From positions 762,355 through 826,354 of the forward strand of contig OZ244905.1 in NCBI GenBank assembly GCA_965221695.1: a stretch of 64,000 bases of DNA, given 5' to 3'. The stretch is from Gammaproteobacteria bacterium (lineage in GTDB: Bacteria; Pseudomonadota; Gammaproteobacteria; Eutrophobiales; Eutrophobiaceae). The notes under the pieces were generated by a model, which saw only the letters and a program-made list of their open reading frames with translations, ran no database searches and had not been told where the DNA came from. The position numbers were made by a program, and so were the translations under genes. Below, in pieces: positions 59,146-64,000 of the stretch (position 1 is its first letter; every line of letters begins with the position of its first letter).

Positions 59146-60093
59146 TTAGTGTTCAGGATATTCCAGGGACCATGAAGCTTCCAGGCCCTTGATGATCGCC
59201 GCGCATGCTTCGTTCATCGGACAGGGGATACCCAGTTCCCGGCCCAGCCTGGCGATGCCGCCGTTCAGGGCATCCACCTCGGTCAACCTTTCCGCCATCA
59301 CGTCCTGCAACATGCTGGGCGGGTGGTAATAGGCCTTTTCCCTGCCGTAGTCGATCAACGCCTCCGGGTCGCTGTCCAGGGTAATTCCCAGTGCGTCCGC
59401 GACGGCCACGCCTTCACTTACCAGCGCCGACATGACCTTGCGCACGCCTTCCTGGTCGCAGGCCACGCCGTGGGGCAGGCGAGTCAGCGCGCCCATCGCG
59501 TTGGAAGCGGAGTTGAAGATTAGCTTGGTCCACTGGGCGCCGCGGGCATCCTCCATGGCCAAGCACTCCATGCCGCTGCGGTTCAGCGCATCGGCCAGCC
59601 GTTCAACCTCTTGCATGGTAGCGGGATTCACGGCAAACGGGCCGATCCAGGTCTTGCCGCCAGCATCATGGTTGACCACGCCCGGCGCACTGATATGTCC
59701 CGCCGGGAAGATGGTGCCCTGGATCACCCGCGGCGCATACTCGGCCACTATCTCCTCGTTACCGATACCGTTCTGCACCGAGCAGACTGCGCCATCGCGG
59801 AAGATCGGCGCCACGGCTTCCATGGCCGACCGGGTGAACATGGTCTTCGTGGCGATAATGCCGAACTCGCACTGCGGGATCTCGCTCACCTGCGTGCGCG
59901 CATGGACGGTGGCAACAAAATCGCTCAATCCGGTCAGGCGCAGACCATTCTCATTGATCGCGTCCACATGTTTGCGGTCAAGGTCAAAGGCCCAGACCTC
60001 GACATCGTCCAGCCGGGCCAGATACGCGCCGTACAGACCGCCAATGGCGCCACAACCGATGATACATACCTTCATTAAATTCTCCTCACCCAT
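59146..60093 (-). CDS. 2-dehydropantoate 2-reductase (PanE/ApbA)-family oxidoreductase
   Basis: 315 aa. N-terminal Rossmann motif MKVCIIGCGAIGGLYGAYLARL. Confidence 0.75.
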   Translation of the reverse strand: MGEENLMKVCIIGCGAIGGLYGAYLARLDDVEVWAFDLDRKHVDAINENGLRLTGLSDFVATVHARTQVSEIPQCEFGIIATKTMFTRSAMEAVAPIFRDGAVCSVQNGIGNEEIVAEYAPRVIQGTIFPAGHISAPGVVNHDAGGKTWIGPFAVNPATMQEVERLADALNRSGMECLAMEDARGAQWTKLIFNSASNAMGALTRLPHGVACDQEGVRKVMSALVSEGVAVADALGITLDSDPEALIDYGREKAYYHPPSMLQDVMAERLTEVDALNGGIARLGRELGIPCPMNEACAAIIKGLEASWSLEYPEH

Positions 60094-60161
60094 TGTGTTG
60101 CCGGCAATGGATTATGTTATGGCAGTTCTGACTTAAGCAGAGTGGTACGGGAGCGGGAGCG

Positions 60162-61118
60162 TTACCCATGACTGTAACTGCTTTCATACGCCTTGACCAA
60201 GCGGTACAAGGTCTCATGGTACGGCGCCGGAATACCAGCCTTGTGCGCCTCACGCACGATGGAACCCGTGATCCAGTCTATCTCCGTTGCGCGCTTGTTG
60301 CGCACGTCATCAAGCATTGAGGGAATATGGGCATAGTCCTCGCCGCTGGTCGTGCCCTGGTTAACCGCTCTGACGTTCATTGCCCAGGGGTCATCCGCCA
60401 GGGTCACGCCGCGTGCTTCTGCGATAGATTTGGCCTCACCCATCATCGCGTAGACCAGATGACCCAGATCCTCCAGTCTGTCCTGCGCCGCAAAGGCCTT
60501 CGCATGAGGCAGGTCTGTCAACGCTGAGATGCTGTTCACCGCGGAGTTGAAGATCAGCTTGGACCACTGGTGCGGCAGCAGGTCTTCGTAGGCCTCCGCC
60601 TTCAGTCCGGAACGAACAAACAGTTCCTCAACCTGTTTCACGAAATCAAACGTCGCGCTGCCCTGCGCCCAAGGCCCCATCCAGGTGGCCGTATCCAACT
60701 CATATTCGACATGCGTATCCGTATGGCGGGTACCGCTCATAAAGGTCACGCCGGATATGATGGGCCAGTCACCAAAGCGGCTTACCATTTCCTCGCAACC
60801 AAGGCCGTTCTGGATCATCAACACGTGGGCGCTGGTGAAATGGCCCTCAATCATCCGACTACAGTCTTCCACGGCAAGCGCCTTGGACGCAATGATTACC
60901 AGGTCAACATCGCCCAGTTCTGCCGCGTGCGCCGACGCGCGCACGTTTGCGTGCAGTTCGGATTTGCCGCTGACCCGCAGGCCCTCGGCATTCAACGCCT
61001 GCGCGTGCTCCTTGCGCCGCGTCAGTACCGCCATGTCCACGATAGCGCCCAGGTGCCCCACCAGCAAGCTGCCGATGGCGCCGGCGCCGACAACGCAAAC
61101 CTTTTCGATTTCTTTCAT
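60162..61118 (-). CDS. 2-dehydropantoate 2-reductase (PanE/ApbA)-family oxidoreductase, second paralog
   Basis: 318 aa. N-terminal motif KVCVVGAGAIGSLLVGHLGA. Confidence 0.75.
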   Translation of the reverse strand: MKEIEKVCVVGAGAIGSLLVGHLGAIVDMAVLTRRKEHAQALNAEGLRVSGKSELHANVRASAHAAELGDVDLVIIASKALAVEDCSRMIEGHFTSAHVLMIQNGLGCEEMVSRFGDWPIISGVTFMSGTRHTDTHVEYELDTATWMGPWAQGSATFDFVKQVEELFVRSGLKAEAYEDLLPHQWSKLIFNSAVNSISALTDLPHAKAFAAQDRLEDLGHLVYAMMGEAKSIAEARGVTLADDPWAMNVRAVNQGTTSGEDYAHIPSMLDDVRNKRATEIDWITGSIVREAHKAGIPAPYHETLYRLVKAYESSYSHG

Positions 61119-62314
61119 ACAACCCGGCCGACGATGTCCTTGAATTCCTCGTCGGTGACCAGGCGCGCATTTCGGACGCCGAGTTCCTTGACTTCTGCAA
61201 GGACTCCGGCGCGCTTGTCTTCCGGTATATTCAACCCCAGCTCCTCACCCTTGAGCTTGATGTTGGACAGCCCACTCTTCTTGCCCAGCACGATGCGGCG
61301 TTCGGCGTCCACGATCTCGGAAGAATACGGCTCAATGGCCTGGGGGATATGGAACTGGTTCGCGACTGCGCCGCTCTCGCGGGTGTAGAGAAATTCGCCG
61401 ACCACGGGTTTCCAGCCATCCACGCTGTAGCCACCCGCCTGTTGCACCACTTTCGAGGTCTCCCTGGCTTGGGCCAGATCCAGCTCCACCGGCATGTCGT
61501 ACAGGCATTGCAAGGCCAGGGCCACTTCGCAGATGTCCGCATTGCCGGCGCGCTCGCCCATGCCGTTGATCGTGCCTTGGATCCAGCGGGCGCCGCCGCG
61601 CACGGCCGCCACTGCGCTTGCGGTGGCAAGACCGAAATCATTATGGCCGTGCCAGTGGATGGGGATGTCAGGCCCGACCCAACTGCTGACCTCGCCGATC
61701 AATCGTTCCACCGCTTCAGGTGAACAGACACCGATAGTATCCACCACGGACACCTCATCGGCGCCCTGCTCAATGGCCGTCGAATACACGTCGCGCAGGA
61801 ACCCCAGGTCGCTGCGCGTGGAGTCCACGGCAAAGAAGTTCACGGTTTTTATGCCGTTGTCCTTCGCATGCCTGATGGCATCGGTAACGCGCTGCAGGAC
61901 GACGTCCCGGGTGAAACCGTATGCCTTGATCTTCATATCGCTGGTCGAAATTTCAATCAGCACATGTTCCGTGCCCAATTCAATATGGGCGTCGATATCC
62001 GCCTTGACGGCGCGGGAAAACCCCCAGATTTCAGAGCGCAGTCCCGCATCCAGGATGCGTTTCACCGCCTTGGTATCGTCCTCGGAGACCCGGGGAAACC
62101 CCGATTCAATCCGAGCCACGCCCAGGTCGCTGAGTTTGCAGGCGATAGTAAATTTTTCCTCGGGGGTGAAGCAAACGCCAACGGATTGCTCGCCGTCGCG
62201 CAAGGTCGTGTCGTAAAAACGCACGGGTGTGGAGCGGTCGAAGCGGGAAAGAATGTCATCGCTGCGGTTCAACTCGCTGGTCCAGATCTTGTCCTGTGCA
62301 ATGCTTGTGTTCAT
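61115..62314 (-). CDS. HMGL-like DRE-TIM metallolyase (isopropylmalate / homocitrate / citramalate-synthase-like aldolase family)
   Basis: 399 aa. YDTTLRDGEQS at the N-terminus. HxH metal site (IHWHGHNDFGLATA). Confidence 0.75.
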   Translation of the reverse strand: MNTSIAQDKIWTSELNRSDDILSRFDRSTPVRFYDTTLRDGEQSVGVCFTPEEKFTIACKLSDLGVARIESGFPRVSEDDTKAVKRILDAGLRSEIWGFSRAVKADIDAHIELGTEHVLIEISTSDMKIKAYGFTRDVVLQRVTDAIRHAKDNGIKTVNFFAVDSTRSDLGFLRDVYSTAIEQGADEVSVVDTIGVCSPEAVERLIGEVSSWVGPDIPIHWHGHNDFGLATASAVAAVRGGARWIQGTINGMGERAGNADICEVALALQCLYDMPVELDLAQARETSKVVQQAGGYSVDGWKPVVGEFLYTRESGAVANQFHIPQAIEPYSSEIVDAERRIVLGKKSGLSNIKLKGEELGLNIPEDKRAGVLAEVKELGVRNARLVTDEEFKDIVGRVV

Positions 62315-62349
62315 CGTAATTTACTCATAATAGTTATACAATTTTATCG

Positions 62350-62460
62350 GGATTCCAGTTGACAATAATACTCCTTATAAGGAAGGTCTGCTTACTGGAT
62401 TCCCGTTTTCACGGGAATGGTACGGAGGGCGCCATGAACGGAGCCACAGTACCACTCCTT
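62350..62460. repeat. REP-like hairpin repeat, copy 5
   Basis: ACTGGATTCCCGTTTTCACGGGAATGGTAC matches the module at 8101-8134. Confidence 0.7.
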
Positions 62461-62482
62461 CGAATGTCACCGACGCCTCAAT

Positions 62483-63352
62483 TCAACTGCTGCTGAACCA
62501 GTCGTACAACTCATCGGCCGTGGCAAACCATACGTCATTCTTCGCAAGCATATAATCCAGGGCTTGCTCGAAATATTTTATCCGGTGTGGCACACCCATG
62601 ATATAAGGATGAACGCCTAACGACATGACTCTGGGCTGGCGCGCGCCTTCCTGGTAGAGCCGGTCGAACTGGTCCACAGCGCGTTGCAGCCAGACTTCCG
62701 ATGTGTGCGCGTGCACAACCATCATAGGCAGGTCGCTGAGTTCAAAGGAATACGGCATGGCCATCATCGGTCCAGCCGCGGTTTTCATGGCAACGGGGTG
62801 TTCATCCATGGGCCAGTCACAGACAAATTTGAACCCGGCCGAGGCCAGATAATCCAGCGTATCCAGGGTCTCGTGCAGGCCGGGGCCCAACCATCCTTTA
62901 GGAGATTTGCCGATATAATCGCGTAGCGCGGCGAAGGATTTATTGATGACCTCCTGCTGGTTTTCAACTACATGAACCGGCGCTTGGGCATAACCATGGC
63001 CCATGAAATCCCATCCCGCATCCAGCATGGCCCGGGCCACCGGCTCGCCGGCGCCCTCCAGGACTCGCGCGTTGATCGGCGCGCTGGCCTTGAGATTGCG
63101 TTCAGCGAGCGCTTCCATGATGCGCCAGATGCCCACCCGCATACCGTATTCGTGCCAGGCCCAGTTGGGAATGTTGGGCACGGTGGCGACCCCGGCCGGC
63201 GAGGTCACGTACTCTCTGGCCACGGGTTTTTCGATATTCCATTCTTCGATGTTGACTACCAGGTATACCGCGACGCGCGCGCCGTTCGGAAACCGGAGCT
63301 GCTCGCGTTGCGGCATGGCGGAATAATCAAATCGTTCGTGTGGCAGTTTCAT
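62483..63352 (-). CDS. Polysaccharide-deacetylase-family protein (PuuE/allantoinase-like)
   Basis: 289 aa. Family resemblance (…VAVYLVVNIEEW…HGY…). Confidence 0.65.
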   Translation of the reverse strand: MKLPHERFDYSAMPQREQLRFPNGARVAVYLVVNIEEWNIEKPVAREYVTSPAGVATVPNIPNWAWHEYGMRVGIWRIMEALAERNLKASAPINARVLEGAGEPVARAMLDAGWDFMGHGYAQAPVHVVENQQEVINKSFAALRDYIGKSPKGWLGPGLHETLDTLDYLASAGFKFVCDWPMDEHPVAMKTAAGPMMAMPYSFELSDLPMMVVHAHTSEVWLQRAVDQFDRLYQEGARQPRVMSLGVHPYIMGVPHRIKYFEQALDYMLAKNDVWFATADELYDWFSSS

Positions 63353-63459
63353 TTCCGTATTTTAACCTTTAGCCCGGATATCTCACAAGTTCAGAGATAT
63401 TCGGGCTCCCGCGCCTGTTGTGCCAGTGCGTGTGGGATTGCGATGAAAAGGTTGCGTTA

Positions 63460-63497
63460 TTACAAAAAAAACAAGGGCGGCCATCGCCGCCCTCGTG
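63460..63497 (-). terminator. Rho-independent terminator downstream of the TonB-receptor gene
   Basis: On the minus strand: GGGCGGCGATGGCCGCCC hairpin followed by TTGTTTTTTTTG. Confidence 0.7.
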
Positions 63498-63522
63498 TTC
63501 GCAATGCGCCTGAAAATCCGGG

Positions 63523-64000
63523 TTAGAAACTATAGCGCGCCTTGACGTAGTACTGACCACCGTTATAGCCGAACGGCGCAGTGGCCGGGTACTTGGAACC
63601 GGCGACGCCACCCCACTCATTCTTGTCGGGATAGTTGTCGAACAGGTTCGCGGCGCCGGCGATCAACTCCATCCCATCGAACAGACTGTAGGCCGCTTCC
63701 GCATCGAAGGTGATCTCGCCGCCGAGTTCAAGCGGTAAATCTTCAGAGTCAAGATGAGCCTCAAAATAATCCGAGTGGAAATTCAATCGCGCCAGCACGC
63801 GCCACTTGTCCTGCCGGTGGCGGAAACTGAGGTTGCCTTTCCAGTGCGGCACGTTTTCTTCCAATTGTCGTAACCGGTGATCTTTCAACAATCCGCGCTG
63901 GGTTACATTGGTGTCGACATAGCTGACCGCCAAAGACAGCACGCTGTCGCCGGCGCCCAGGCTGAAGCGGTGGTTGGCAACGATGTCCACCCCCTGGGTG
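63523..64000 (-). CDS. TonB-dependent receptor, C-terminal part; the gene continues beyond the window edge
   Basis: Beta-barrel C-terminal region ending ...YYVKARYSF with terminal Phe. Truncated. Confidence 0.75.
   Translation of the reverse strand, partial: TQGVDIVANHRFSLGAGDSVLSLAVSYVDTNVTQRGLLKDHRLRQLEENVPHWKGNLSFRHRQDKWRVLARLNFHSDYFEAHLDSEDLPLELGGEITFDAEAAYSLFDGMELIAGAANLFDNYPDKNEWGGVAGSKYPATAPFGYNGGQYYVKARYSF

Noticed and set aside
58289-59149. 286-aa plus-strand ORF opposite the M24 hydrolase gene
   Set aside because: Antisense frame. The minus-strand gene has coherent family features.

Overview
This 64-kb window is high-GC, apart from a ~3.6-kb low-GC insert, and looks like a (probably marine) gammaproteobacterial chromosome. 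The taxonomic call is inference only.

The 5' end holds housekeeping genes: lipB plus a partial lipA, and a yadGH-like ABC-2 exporter. The rest is dominated by aromatic and xenobiotic catabolism and outer-membrane uptake.

The most striking feature is a ~21-kb run of 16 genes, all on the minus strand, from 17364 to 38054. It contains:
- an intradiol (hydroxyquinol/catechol-type) ring-cleavage dioxygenase;
- two paralogous DUF1329 proteins;
- an HpaB-family flavin monooxygenase;
- a 748-aa protein with the two C-terminal Fe-S motifs and long N-terminal extension typical of aerobic 'catabolic' cobalamin reductive dehalogenases;
- a DsbA-like 2-hydroxychromene-2-carboxylate-isomerase-family protein;
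- a DUF1302 / DUF1329 / RND-exporter / Ycf48-like quartet;
- a nearly complete lower meta-cleavage pathway (decarboxylase, aldolase, acylating dehydrogenase, hydratase, semialdehyde dehydrogenase, in xylIKQJG / dmpHGFEC order);
- a GlcG/HbpS-like protein and a GST.
A divergent GntR (FCD) regulator sits at one end, and TonB-dependent receptors flank both ends.

A shared AATATCGATATT palindrome with an adjacent TTGTTGTCAA box recurs in three promoter regions. These are upstream of a VanA-like Rieske oxygenase, upstream of the DUF1302 operon, and in the GntR/GST divergent region, which suggests one regulon.

The 3' part carries a defence island:
- a hicAB pair;
- a low-GC, 749-aa protein with an Mrr-like N-terminal nuclease domain and an internal 24-bp tandem duplication;
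- small HEPN-like ORFs;
- a Type I R-M system (hsdM-hsdS-[XRE/ImmA peptidase-DUF4411]-hsdR);
- an orphan DUF433 gene behind a perfect 32-bp palindrome.
After it comes a TonB-receptor-led operon of unknown function (deacetylase, HMGL-like lyase, two PanE-like reductases, M24 hydrolase).

A family of compound REP-like hairpin repeats occupies at least five intergenic sites. No tRNA, rRNA, CRISPR array or transposase was recognised.
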